Origin: Lophium mytilinum
Taxonomy: Eukaryota
Assembly: GCA_010093605.1 (NCBI GenBank)
Contig: MU004185.1
Span: forward strand, 1,633,334-1,697,333
Direction of reading: 5' to 3'
Length of the DNA stretch: 64,000 bases
The notes below the pieces were generated by a model, which was not told the DNA's origin, ran no database searches, and worked only from the letters and a program-made list of their open reading frames with translations. Shown in pieces: positions 25,117-37,860 of this stretch. The translations under genes were made by a program, and so were the position numbers. The first letter of the stretch is position 1. The number at the start of each line of letters is the position of its first letter.

Positions 25117-27789
25117 ATGGCCCCCACCCCATTCGGGCGATTTTTGGCCAAGATCCTTTTCATTGACCTCGACTATCGAAAGGAAGATCCTCTGGTGAAC
25201 TCAGGTGCCGATTCAGTTGCTTCCGTGAAGACCTATGTGGAGAGGGAACCTACAGCGGGCGAATGGCTTTCGCGTTTTCTTCTCACCAAAGCTGGTTTTC
25301 AGCGCTACATCATATCTTTGTTCCCTTTCTGGAATTGGATCTTCCACTACAATTTGACATGGCTTCTGGGCGATATAATTGCAGGTGAGTATGGAGAAAA
25401 GCCATTCGAGCCACTACTGATAGTGATAGGCGTTACTGTCGGTTTCGTGGTGATCCCGCAAGGAATGGCATACGCGCTTCTAGCTAAACTTCCCCCGGAA
25501 TATGGACTGTATACTTCGTTCGTCGGTTTCTTGCTTTACTGGGCGTTTGCGACGTCGAAAGACATCACAATCGGGGTATTTTCACACTCAAATGAGTTTA
25601 CTTTTCGTCTATTCTAACAAGCATCAGACAGTGGCAGTCATGAGTACCATCGTTGGAAACATCGTCATCAAAGTTCAAGACCAGGACCCAGATATACCAG
25701 CCGAACAAATTGCCAGGGCTTTATCCGTCATCGCTGGCGCAGTCCTCCTTTTCATCGGCCTAATGAGATGGGGATGGATTGTCGAGTTCATCCCTCTGGT
25801 AGCCATTACCTCCTTTATGACTGGTGCTGCCATCAGCATTGCGGCTGGCCAGGTTCCAAATCTACTTGGAATTGCAGGCATCAACACTCGGGAAGCGACG
25901 TACAAAGTTATCATCAACACCTTGAAAGCTCTCCCAACTGCCAAACTGGACGCTGCGATGGGCCTGACAGCGCTGTTCTTGCTCTATGCAATTCGTATCT
26001 TCTGCGGTTGGATGACCAAGCTACAGCCTCAGCGAAAGAAGTTCTGGTTTTTCCTATCGACTCTTCGAATGGCTTTCGTAATCCTTCTTTACATCTTGAT
26101 TAGCTGGCTCGCCAATAGACACGTCAAAGGGAACGCTAAAAAGGCGAAATTCAAGATTCTAGGGAAAGTCCCAAGAGGTGAGCAATACTTCGGATACTCT
26201 ACAGGGCTGTACCTGCCCTATCGTAATCTTTCAGAGAACTAAGATGTATCCCTTAGGCTTCCAGCATGCCGGTGCACCCGTAATCAATACTCACTTGCTC
26301 TCGCTAATCGCACCTGACATTCCTGTCACCATCATTGTACTGATTCTTGAGCATATCGCCATCTCCAAGTCCTTCGGCCGCATCAACAACTACGTTATCA
26401 ACCCATCCCAGGAGCTCGTAGCCGTGGGATTCACGAACATCCTCGGCCCCTTCCTTGGCGCATACCCTGCAACGGGGTCCTTTTCGCGTACAGCTATCAA
26501 ATCGAAAGCCGGAGTGCGCACACCTCTCGCCGGTCTCTTCACTGCCGCTATCGTGCTATTGGCAATCTATGCGTTGACTAGTGTCTTCTTCTATATTCCA
26601 AGTAGCAGTCTCGCGGGCTTGATTATTCATGCCGTTGGCGATTTGATCACACCGCCGAACGTCGTCTACCAGTTCTGGGAGACGTCTCCGTTGGAAGTTG
26701 TCATCTTCTTCGCAGGTGTCCTACTCACTATCTTTACCAACATCGAAAACGGGATATACCTCACGATTTGCGCATCCGCTGCGCTCCTACTCTACCGCCT
26801 GGCTAACACGAAGGGGACGTTCCTTGGGAAGGTCAGCATCTACCCGGCAAGCGCAGATGCAGTGTATTGGAGGGATGGTGGAGTTTCAGAGACGTATGGC
26901 CCTAAAGGAGAAACCACCAACATTGCTCGAGAAGCGTATCTGCCCGTCACGCACCAAGATGGTTCCAACCCACAGATCGCAATCCAGAGCCCCTATCCTG
27001 GCATATTCGTCTATCGTTTCAGTGAAGGCTTCACGTATATCAACCAAGCCCAATACCTCGATGCGCTGACCGCCCACATTCAAGCTTCAGCAAGACCCAC
27101 TATATTAGCGAGGCATGACAAGATTGGTGTAAGTGCTTCAGCGACATCCCGTGAACTTACGGACACTATGCCTCAGTTTTCAACACTCTGACAATCAATA
27201 GAATCGTCCCTGGAACGACCCTGGTCCCCGCCGTGGCAAGCCCATCAACCTGAACGATGATAGACCTTTCCTTCGCGCCATAGTCCTCGACTTCTCCTCC
27301 GTCAACAACGTCGACACCACTTCCGTCCAAGGTCTCGTCGATGTTCGCAACCAGCTAGACCGCTACGCCGCTCCTGACGTCGTCGAATGGCATTTCGCAT
27401 CCATCTCGAACCGGTGGACTAAGCGCGCTCTCACTGCCGCCGGCTTCGGCTATCTCTCCACTGTTCGTACCCGAAACCGAGCCCACTGGAATCCCGTCTA
27501 CAGCTTCGCTGCGATTGGTGACGCTGCGGTGACTTCCAGTGATCCGAAGTTGAGGGACGAGGAGCATGGCGGTGACGAGATCCAGAGTGCTGTTCCGGGG
27601 GCGAGGCGTAGAGATAAGGGCTTCCCGGAGAAAGTTAGCACAGTACTTGGGCAGAACCGTCCCTTCTTCCATATTGATGTTACTGCTGCGGTCGAAAGCG
27701 CGATTGCGGCGGCGGAGTCGAAGTTGGCTTTCGTAAGCTCGGTGAGCAGTGGGGAGAAGGTTACTGTTCAGGCAGATTTGAAGGATTGA
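25117..27789 (+). CDS. SulP/SLC26 anion (sulfate-type) permease with STAS domain
   Basis: GDIIAGVTVGFVVIPQGMAYA...EYGLYTSF...TSKDITIG, PSQELVAVG, ATGSFSRTAIKSKAGVRT, STAS LDFSSVNNVDTTSVQGL. Four introns. Confidence 0.95.
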
Positions 27790-28395
27790 GCTACGTACGT
27801 GCGGGCCTGGGAACTGTAGTTCACTAATGTCTTTGATCCTACGCCGCTAATATGTTTATTGCTTTATACGTCTTCCAAAGGATCAAGGTGATAAAGCTCT
27901 TAGGCAGACTGCAAGATCATGTGACTTCCACGTTATGGAAACCCCAACTCACCAGATCCTATTACACATAACCGAAAGGCTCGCCATGCATTACCCAGTC
28001 GAGCCAAGTCAAGGGCCCAGACATGGCATAGACTCGTGGCTTGCTTTGTCCCTGCTATGGCTATTGCGGGGTTCTCACGTGTGCGTCGTGGGGTAAGTCG
28101 AGCATGGTGTATATCATAGCGAAGCCTGCGGCTGAACCTTTTCATTCCTCTGAGATAACCAAAATCATGCCACTGATAAAACTCTACCCATGTCTATGGT
28201 CACACAACATTCGTATAGCATAATTTCTTGCAATTTTTCGAGTCATGTTCATAGCATTTACACCGCTTCACACTGTCTATACACTGCCGGCTTCATTTTC
28301 AGAAAGCCGTCTTATCACAATCTACCAATAACCGCATTGCCACCCTCCACAGTATACCTACGCGCCCAAAGCTACACACCCAAAGCACCACCACC

Positions 28396-29817
28396 ATGCA
28401 CCTCCCCGACCTCCCAGACGACATCCTCATTCCCATCCTCCAACACACCCGCCTCAACGACCTCCTCGCCCTGCGCCTAACCTCCCAAACCATCCGCGCC
28501 GTAATCGACACCTACATCACCGCCATCGCGCCCCACACCGCCCGCCACACCTTTCCCTCCTCCCCCCTCCTCCTCGCTTACTCTACCACCTACCCCACCC
28601 CCTCCCTCCGCTGGCTTACCTCCCTCATCCCCGCCCACCTCGCCGCCATCGCCCTCGACAAAGACAAGCTCCGCCGCCATCCCTACCTCACCGCCGGCTT
28701 CCCCTACGGCATCCCCGCCACCTCCCCCCACCCCCTCGCGCTCCACTGGCGCGCCCGCGTCGCAAACGGCTGGCGGGTGCTGCAGCGCCTGCACCTCGTC
28801 TCCGCGCGCGCGTACGCCGCGCCGCCGCTCGCTGCGGGCCGGTTAGGGAAGCTGGGCGCCGCGGTGCGGTGTAACCGGCTGGGGATGTTGGTGGCGTGCC
28901 CGTACCAGGCGTGCAGGGAGCATGCGGCGGCGCGGGTGTTCTCCGGGGAGTACTGGAGGGGGAGTGATGCGTATCTGGCAGGGGTGCGGTGGCGGGAGGA
29001 GGGGGTGTTGAGGGAGCGGGTGCGGGTAGTGAAGGGGCTGGGGAGGAAGGAGTGTGAGGATTATGTGTTTGTGTGGCGGTTGTTGTTGTGGGTGTTTAGG
29101 CCGTATCAGAGACCCGGCGAAGAGGGTGGGGATGGAGATAGGGGCGATTGGGGAGGAATGGAGGAGGGGCATAGTTGGCAGGCGGAGATTAGTAATATTT
29201 CGAATGGGTGCTCGTGGTTGAATTGGTGGGTGTTGCATGTTGGGGCGGACGTGTTTTGGCGGCAGTGGTGGCAGGAGAGGAGGCCGAATCTAGTGAGGGA
29301 TGAAGTGTGGCGGGACTGGGGGGAGAGGACACATCATCAGGTAGAGTTGGAGAAGGAGTATGTGGCGAAGTTTGAATTTGCGTTGCGGAAGCGGTGCTTG
29401 TCGGCAGAGAGACGAGCGAGGTTGGATCAGGAAGAGTGGAGAGAGAGTCAGAATGGGAGAGGAAGGGTGGTGAAGACGATTAGTTTGGACTGTATCGCGT
29501 GGGAGTACGACCAAAATCCGATTATATACCGGCCGCCGAAGGATTTTCCTTGGTACCGGAATGGAAGTTGGCTTTGGATGGATGGGCTTCTCTGGATGAT
29601 CGTTCCGCACGGAACACCGATGGTCGTTGCACCAACGGAGTCGTTTGGTAATTTGAACTCTCTAATGTTAGATGACGGCTCTGGAAGGGATCTGGGAAGG
29701 GGAGAAGATCCATTAAAAACGGTGCCGTATCTAGTTTATCTGGATGTCAAGGAAGCAGCAGAGGTTTGGGGGATCAGCGGCAGTGCTACAGGACACTCGC
29801 CCCAGTGGATATTTTGA
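28396..29817 (+). CDS. F-box domain protein
   Basis: N-terminal LPDLPDDILIPILQHTRLNDLLALRLTS matches the F-box pattern; 473-aa intronless ORF. Confidence 0.75.
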   Translation: MHLPDLPDDILIPILQHTRLNDLLALRLTSQTIRAVIDTYITAIAPHTARHTFPSSPLLLAYSTTYPTPSLRWLTSLIPAHLAAIALDKDKLRRHPYLTAGFPYGIPATSPHPLALHWRARVANGWRVLQRLHLVSARAYAAPPLAAGRLGKLGAAVRCNRLGMLVACPYQACREHAAARVFSGEYWRGSDAYLAGVRWREEGVLRERVRVVKGLGRKECEDYVFVWRLLLWVFRPYQRPGEEGGDGDRGDWGGMEEGHSWQAEISNISNGCSWLNWWVLHVGADVFWRQWWQERRPNLVRDEVWRDWGERTHHQVELEKEYVAKFEFALRKRCLSAERRARLDQEEWRESQNGRGRVVKTISLDCIAWEYDQNPIIYRPPKDFPWYRNGSWLWMDGLLWMIVPHGTPMVVAPTESFGNLNSLMLDDGSGRDLGRGEDPLKTVPYLVYLDVKEAAEVWGISGSATGHSPQWIF

Positions 29818-30168
29818 GTAGTTGGCTTTCTTGTCTGAGCTGGCCGAAAGAGGGAACAGGTTAGTAATACCGAGACAGTCATAGCTTGCACAGGCTTTCA
29901 TAATCTATGGATTTACTCCTAGTACTCGCAGTAAAAAAGACACAGAGTTATGGGGAGGCAGAGCAGCTCATCTGGAGACCCAAGTTAGAATGCGGACCCA
30001 TAATACAGACGGAACGATTGTGACTTACCGTGCTATAATAAAAATCCAAGTAAGCTTCCCGGCCGCCGTGTGAGGAGGCCTTGTACCTGAAATCAGGAAC
30101 CTGAAGAAGTGTCACTGTCATATCTTGTGAGTAAGAGGTGGGACGTTGTCTGAAGTGGTTTGGCGCGC

Positions 30169-30651
30169 TTACAGCCGTTGGAAGTAACGGTTAAGCTGCG
30201 GTTGCGCTACTAGATCATCGTTCGTCGGCGACGTCTGAGCCCGCTCGACCAATAATACCAGGCCCCAAAGCAGTCCGAACACAATGGCTCCCGCGACATT
30301 GAACGACAAAACTAGTTTCGAGGCTAACTCAAGGAAAAGTAGCATCGAAGTAGACTCAGGTTCGTGCCATTGAATCGAAAGTGTGACGATGTAGGCCATG
30401 GACTGGAAGAAGCCCACTACGCACAGGCAGCCCACTATGGATGCCTTAGCACTAGCATCGTCCCAATCCGCGGTACTTTTTAGCCTTTCGTGGAGGCACC
30501 GTATGTATATATACGTAGGCCCATTAAGCAACACCAGGAAGAAAAGAGTGAGGACCTTGATAAGAGCCCAACCTGTGACCAGGAAAATGTCTGCGAGAAA
30601 TCCGGAGAGCTCGGTGGACGAATCGGCATCGGTTGAGACCGATTCTTCCAT
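30169..30651 (-). CDS. Small multi-pass membrane protein (hypothetical)
   Basis: 160-aa ORF with about three hydrophobic segments; 5' end uncertain. Confidence 0.45.
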   Translation of the reverse strand: MEESVSTDADSSTELSGFLADIFLVTGWALIKVLTLFFLVLLNGPTYIYIRCLHERLKSTADWDDASAKASIVGCLCVVGFFQSMAYIVTLSIQWHEPESTSMLLFLELASKLVLSFNVAGAIVFGLLWGLVLLVERAQTSPTNDDLVAQPQLNRYFQRL

Positions 30652-31749
30652 GTCTGGCGCGGATGGAAAGTGGAGGAAGATGACGTATAGGAGAACTAAG
30701 GTCGGTGGTGATGGAACTGAGACGCAGCTGCTGGGTGTTGGGTTGGAAGCGTTCGACGAGAGTGATGGTGGTCAGCGGAGGGTACTGCTCGGATGTATGA
30801 CTTCGACGTCCTCTGAAATTGGGAGATGTACGATTCTGATATTGTCAGCACATGCATCTCTCGTTGTATGATCAACTAACCGTGGTCGACGTTAGGTGAG
30901 TGTGCTCCAGCTGGGTTGTTGAAGTAAGTGGATCCACCGCTAAAGCCTGAGAACCTTTCTTCCTTCGAGAATCAGACCTCTTGTAATACGATAAGAAAAG
31001 ACTAGACGTTGTAAGAGCTGATGCTGTGAAGAACGATGATGTTGGGAGGAGAGTGAGGCTAAGAGGAAGTGGAAGTTATTGATGCTACACGCGCCTGCAG
31101 TGCAAGGCCCGCGCCGCCCCTTCCCGATATTCGTTTTGGTTATCTTCTACAATGTCTCGGATTAGAACTTCTCAAGCTTTCCTGCCACCGAATGCGATTG
31201 TTCATGGTGTCTCGGAGTTCCGTTTTATATAGAAGCTCAACTTGTTGAGCAGCTTGTAAGCTTACGTTGCCCCTTCGAGCACGGTAGAGTGTACATAAAC
31301 TGGAAGTGTGAGTCGTGCAAATAGTAGCAAAGAAGATCGCGGATATCTATGATAAGACACAGTCGATCTCAATCTTCTCTTGCTCCTTCGTCGCCATCTG
31401 AATCATCTCCCTCAATTCAATCACCTCTCAACCCAATCTAGTGAGGGCAGCAGATACGACTTTTCCTGGAAATGGCAATCCATAGAATGGCCCCTTTCAG
31501 CTCGAGGAACCTAGGCATGTGATCGAGGTTCAAGCAGATCGGCCAAAATTAAAGGATAGTGGCCAACGAGGTATTGGATGCGGCCATATTCAATCCGGGC
31601 CTCTCATGTTATAGGTTGTGTGCATCTAATCAAGGTACCCCGGGCTGTGGTTGACTGTGATAGATACGGTAAAGTCACGGCCTTAGCCATACAAGCAGGT
31701 CATTACGCCTTCAAACGCACCAAACGCAGAACTCCGTACCCTAGTGCAG

Positions 31750-32730
31750 TTAAACATCAACGCTTGAACCTTGAATCAACACCGAATCGAGTTTTCTCTT
31801 CAAGAGCTCGGCCATCTTTCTCCCTCCTTGCACGCTTGGCTCCACCCTTTCGGTATAATCGTCTGCATTCTTCCCATCCATACCCTCATACAGCGCACAT
31901 GGAATAATCTCCGTACCCTTAACTCGTATTTCTTTTATCGCAGTCTCAAAAATGCTTCTAATCCCGGCCTGGAGCTGTCCTGGGTTTTTGCTGTAGCCAA
32001 GCAACTTCAGCTGTCGATCTGCCCAACTATTTTGGGAACTGAACTCCTGCTCAAGCGGGAAGTAGATCATGCATATAACGACAGCACGGGGCTTCTGCTT
32101 TGCCACGAGCTTTTCGACGTACGACTGAATCTGGGTGCCGAACAAGTGCCTAAAGTACCCGAGGGACCACGCGTTGCCGCGCTCTAGAGAAGACTGCGAA
32201 GACAGCCACGCGAGTTGTAGCATGCGCAGTGCGGTCGATACCGTCGGGCTCATTGCGATGTCGTTGCCGCCGACGGACACGACAAGAACATCATTTGCTG
32301 TAATGTGATCGCGAATAAATTCGTCCTGCGGCAATAATCCGGAATCGCGTTCTCGGAGCATAGATGCTTCAATAGACGTGTTGATAACAGTGGCTTGATC
32401 GCCCAAATAATGGTTCATCCAGAATGCAACATCCGGCTTAGGTCTCGGTCGATCAAGAACAGAATAGTAGATTTCGGGAACGTCCACGGGCAAAGGTTCG
32501 CCACCTGGACCAGAGCCAGGCACCCAGAATTTATTGTCCAGGGATGAATCTCCAGCGAGGTAGATCATTGGCTTTCCTGGCCTGAGGGAAGACGCAATTG
32601 AATGGTAGGTGGTCAGGTGTGGAATTGTATGTCCTTTCCACTCGCCATAGAAAGGGAATGGAGATATCTTTTTGGGGGTGGAGTCGGACAGGTCGGTCGA
32701 TTCGGGAATATCCCGATTTCTGAGTTTCAT
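31750..32730 (-). CDS. SGNH/GDSL hydrolase-like protein
   Basis: Block I LAGDSSLDN, block III VSVGGND; block V region reads DYTERVEPS. Confidence 0.8.
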   Translation of the reverse strand: MKLRNRDIPESTDLSDSTPKKISPFPFYGEWKGHTIPHLTTYHSIASSLRPGKPMIYLAGDSSLDNKFWVPGSGPGGEPLPVDVPEIYYSVLDRPRPKPDVAFWMNHYLGDQATVINTSIEASMLRERDSGLLPQDEFIRDHITANDVLVVSVGGNDIAMSPTVSTALRMLQLAWLSSQSSLERGNAWSLGYFRHLFGTQIQSYVEKLVAKQKPRAVVICMIYFPLEQEFSSQNSWADRQLKLLGYSKNPGQLQAGIRSIFETAIKEIRVKGTEIIPCALYEGMDGKNADDYTERVEPSVQGGRKMAELLKRKLDSVLIQGSSVDV

Positions 32731-34340
32731 TGCGTTAAGTCTGATTTGAGAAGAGCAAAGTGGAGATGTAGAGTTGGGGCTCTGACGGAAAGATGCTGAT
32801 GCCTAATTAGTACTCCGTCCTTAGCGTCTAGGAGGCTATGTTATTGCAAGTGCGAAGCTAGGCTGCTGCCATCAGCGCCGCAGCAAAACCATCTGAAATA
32901 GATCCGGATCCGTGAACCAGGAGCTAAAAGTCGAGTAAGGGCCCTGCTCTGGGGATTTTGATGGTTAGAAAGGTTGAAGACCCAAAGTGGAGTAGAATAG
33001 CATAAGCGTCGGCCTTGGTTTTTCCGTCCCGAAAACAACGAATCTGGATCCTCTTCAACTTTCATTGCAACCATCACTCTCGATTATCTGACATTTGCAA
33101 TCCGCGCTGATGATTTTCTTAGCTTATCTCTCCGTAAAATATGAGAACTTCCTTACAGCTGATCATGCGAGGGAAGAACCCTGTGCACTCGCTCTCTGTG
33201 ATGCAAAGTCATCCAAAGACCGAGACCGGGGAAAACACGTCGACCACGTAAGCAAGTCTACTGAAGGGTTTGAAAGCTCTACGCGTGCTCGAAGCTAGAA
33301 ATCGCACTAGAGCGAATGGATTTCATGGTAACCTCAGCCTGTCTTCATCTCGATTGTCAACATGCTCGAGCGAAAGCTAACATTGCCTCGAGAAACAGGA
33401 CTTTTCATATATATAGAATCTCAATTCAAGCGCCTCTGGCCCCATAAAACTCGAAGGACCCGGAAAACCACCTTCTGCGCCTTTTGCGGATCGCCATCAT
33501 TGTACGCCGAATGAGACATGCGGCATCCACGATAATCCCTTGACTCCTCATATCGTCGTTCCTGATCACGCTACAAAAGGGAACGCTTGATGAGCTTGAG
33601 ATATGTCTACGATCGTGACGTGTGAAATGTTCTATGGACTTACTCGGACAGGGACAACATTGATGACATCAGACATACACAATTTGGCAGTGGGGACTTT
33701 GGACATGCTGCCTGATAAAGGACAGGTGTGGCGCCTCTAAAGACAACAATAGAGACCATATGAGCATGCTTCATTGATCTACGAACAGTGGTCTCGCTCT
33801 GCATCGGACGAGGGTTTCACAATTCATACGTTGCTAATCTTTACGTTATGAGCTGAGCACAAACAGGTACAATCTGCTCACGAAAGACGAGAGCCCATCC
33901 TGAAAGGGATCAGACGAATCATGAGGAGATATTGCTGGTTTATTCGCGCCCGCAATTGGGTACCCAGGTACAGCCACCCGCGTCTCGAGTTCGACCAATG
34001 GATTAGCCTGTCGGCGATCTGTGGCGCTTCAAGCGACTTACAGGGATCTTACGCTCAAGTGAGCGTCGTGCCATTTCTTAAAGTCCTGCAATCCTTATCC
34101 GTTCAATAGTCGATCTATTCTCAGTGCACGCTACTTCGACTGAAAAAAGGACATTGGCCGCGCTTTTCAACATCATATTTCACGTCCGCCAAGGTCTGCT
34201 TGCTCTACAACTCATTAAGTACCTCAACGACTCTACGTAGCTTGCAGTCGCGAGATTGCGCGTAGGCAAGGCGAACGAAGATTTAGTAAGTAGTGGAACC
34301 ATCGAGTTCGTTAGAGGCCCAACTCAACTACCACAGAAGT

Positions 34341-36482
34341 ATGTCTGGATGTAAATATGAACCTGGAAAACCTTACTTCCTCTGGTACTGTTGTTATTGC
34401 TCTTTTGGGGCAATCGGTGAGAATTCTCCAGGATGTCCTATCTGCGGACACTTGAGATGCCAAGGGAGTACGCCTTTTTCAGCTTCAACTCAACAGCATC
34501 CGGTGCCGACGTTTTCAGCCATAGCAACGCAAGCCCCCCTCATGCCAACCAGTACGCCATCTACTACATATCATGGAAAGGATGTGTCGACCCTTTTTCC
34601 CCCTCCAAGGCTACCTGTAGAATCAGCGGGGTTTAAAGATCAAAACGCTTCAACTATACTTCCTCCGCAGTCACCAAAGCAATCGACTGACCTCGTTTTC
34701 CGTACTTCCAAGGGACAAATTCAGGTCGAGCATCATTCCTCCAGCGAACCTAGGAAGAGTACCGCAACCATCGCACAACCCTCTCTGGTTGCGGAGAAAG
34801 TACCCGTTGGTCATAATCCAATCAGTACTCCGATGGCTCATGAGTCCCCGAGCAGCAGTGTCGCAGTCTTCACAGACTCCGATACTGACAGCGAACAATC
34901 CGCTCCTATGAGTCCCTATTCTAGCCCAGAAAGCATCCCTTCGATTGGCCGCAGCATCTCTCAGCAAACTCGACGACTCGTCGATCGTGTCATGAACAGT
35001 CTACACTTCGTTTTTGACATTGAGCATGGCGTTATTACTTGTACGGGTGGTGCTGACAGCTCTGGGTCAAACCCAACACGTAATACCGCGCCCGAAGGTA
35101 GTTGGATGTCCGATGGAAGGTCGGGACCCGGACGGAATAAACGTAATATACGGCATGATGGGTCGGAGTCTCCCGACGACGACGACGATCACGATGAAGG
35201 CCATAAACGCCCAAGACCAAATCCCAGTCCTACAGCTAGTGGAGATACAGCGGATCGGAAGCTTGCTTGTCCCTTCTTCAAGCGCAATCCTTCTGAACAC
35301 TGCCAATGCAGGTCATGCACTGGTCCAGGCTTCCCTACTGTGGCTCGCATGAAGTGATTCTTACCTTTCGTGTCACATGACTTCAGCTGATCGTTTTCAG
35401 AATGCACTTATATCGAAATCACATGATACATCAATGTCCGCGATGCTCCCGTAACTTCAAGACCAAAAACGACTTGAAGAAGCACCAAAGAGAACTGCAA
35501 GGGTGCCAGCTAGGGCAACTCCAGTCGATCCAAGTACCAGAGGCCATCGGGCCAGAACAGTATGACCAACTCAAAAGCAAGAAGGGGCTCGCAGGGCGTT
35601 CCGAGGTATCCCGATGGGAAGAGGTATATCGCATCCTATTTCCAAACGACGATCACTCCGTAATGCCTTCTCCGTGTAAGTAGTCTACGTTCGGTGTTGG
35701 TGCTGCAGTGTAATAGTCACTGAGCCTTTCAAGTCTACGAGAACGATACAGCAGTCGAGCCGAGAGACACCACGACGTCTTTGTCCCCAGCCGCACGCTT
35801 TCAAGAGTATAGTCGGCGACAACTTCCTATGCTGGTTAGACGCCAGCTCGAAGAGCTTTTCGAGCAGAAACTTCCAGATCAGATCGAACAGGCTATACGT
35901 GCAGGATACGAACAACTGGTTTCTGCATGGCGCAACGAAGTCAACTCCGAGGCGGACGTAGCTAATACCGCTCCCGCGGCTCGAAGCCCTTCGGCAGAGC
36001 ATGCGTCGCCTCATCCGACAAACCACCACGAGAATCATGTCCTAAACTCGGATATCGTACCCCCTCAAGTGTTGGTGAATTTGGCCACCCTATCTCACAG
36101 TACATGGGCCGACTTTCCGAATGATCTTTATGCAACTGGCGAGTCCGATCTATCGAACTTTGTATTACACGATCCATCCATGGGAACGAGCGATATTCTC
36201 GAAAGTTTGGCAAGTTCTCAGCCGGAGCCTCGTCTTTCGGATTCCTTCTCCGATCTTGAGGCATGGGTCGGACATGAGAGCTCAAGACCCCATGATGTTC
36301 GTCCTCTCATTGCTTTCGACGAGAACGAGCCGGACGAAGCATTCTGGAATGGATTATTAGATGACTTCCCAGACGGCGGTCCTCCATGGCAGGATTATGC
36401 GTCATCCCAGATTCAACCTGGGCTTAAAATCATTCTGCAAGGAGAACTGAATCAAGGTCATCAGGCTGGGTGGGCCCCATGA
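34341..36482 (+). CDS. Fungal C2H2-like zinc-finger protein (hypothetical regulator)
   Basis: LACPFFKRNP...C..C.GPGF...RMK|EHLYRNH...CPRC...DLKKHQR and WEEVYRILFP motifs. Introns ~35354-35400 and ~35677-35734. N-terminal WYCCYC...CPICGHLRC. Confidence 0.7.
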
Positions 36483-36723
36483 ATAAATATAATTTCAGTC
36501 GTCTTTGTCGCACGGCAACACTCAATACGTATCGATTGGAAACGTCGTCTGATCATTTATGAGACTGTTTGCTATGACCTTAACCTAAAAGCCTCATTCC
36601 TGCTATATAATCTTTCCGTTGACATGAGACAGAAATGACAGTACGGGAAGCTTCCCTAGAGGAATCCTGAACCTGATGCTAAGCGGGCCGACACGCCTCC
36701 GCTTTGTCCGAGGGTCGTCCCCG

Positions 36724-37860
36724 CTATCTGAGTAACTTCGCGATCTCCGGCACTGTTGTCGTGCGGCAATTTCCCATGGCAATGTCGAACTCCTTTTCTA
36801 GATGGCTCAAGACATCTTTCCAAGCCTCGCTATCATACTTGGTCTCGTCCTCCAATGCTCGCTCAGGCCTCGGGCCACCATGTTGTCCAATCCACGTGCA
36901 GTCTACCGCATTGAGATCCTTCTCCACACTGAGATAGCGCTCTGGGTTCGGCTGCCACTTGCCGAAAGCGACATACAGCTCCAAGACTTTCGCATAGTGC
37001 ACGATCGCTTCCAGCCTTGTTCTGACATCAAGATCCATCGGCAGAACATTCTCCCTAAAAACGCCCCTACTAATATAATCATCACCACCCTCCTCAACAG
37101 CCGAGCGCACAGGTATCGTAATCCACCAAAGCAGCGGATTCCCGCGACCGGACGGGCGCTCCTCTCGCACGAGCCCGTGAAAGAAGTTCTCGATCGCCGC
37201 CTCCACCATCCCGTGCTTCTTTTCCATCGTCACGGGAAAGCCTTCCATGAGAAGTGCCTGCTGGATATCCATGATGTCGTCGGCATGCTCGTCGCTCAAT
37301 TCTAGCCCCATCTCGCGCAGACACGCTTCCTCATTCTCCCACGCGTATACCAGAAAGCAAAGCAGGCTGGCCCAAACAGCGTTCCGGCGCCGTTGGCGCG
37401 TCAAGTTCTCGTAGTGGGTCTCGAACGGCTGCGTGCTCGCGCTGTCGGCAACCTGGGTCAGGATTAGGCGTGCTTTGGCCGGCCAGCGCTCGACGAGGAT
37501 CTCCTTCTCGTCGAACAGGCGCATCACGCCAGTGTAGAGGGCGCGGCGGTCCAAGCGGTCGTCTTGGAGGCGTTCCTTGTCATTAATGCGGTTCGAGAGC
37601 TCCTAGGTCTTCTTCCCGTTTGGGGCCAGCACGGCGCTGGGCGCGCAGCTGACGGCGGACAGGAAGCTGCGCCAGTTTGTGACGACGGCGCGCCAGACGC
37701 GTGGGTCAGTTGAAATGGGAGTGTTCTAAGAGGCGAGCCAGCTTTGGTACCGGATGCGGTCTTCTGGGGCGATGGTTGGGATGTCGTGGCGTTCGTCGAT
37801 CCACCCAGATTCGCAGTTAGTAGTCGCCTTGCGGAGTGCTTCTGCGAAAGGTTCTGCCAT
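36724..37860 (-). pseudogene. Hypothetical protein gene interrupted by two in-frame TAG codons
   Basis: One frame runs from ATG 37860 to TAG 36724, with TAGs at 37726-37728 and 37603-37605 (WLAS*NTP...GKKT*ELS). Confidence 0.6.
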
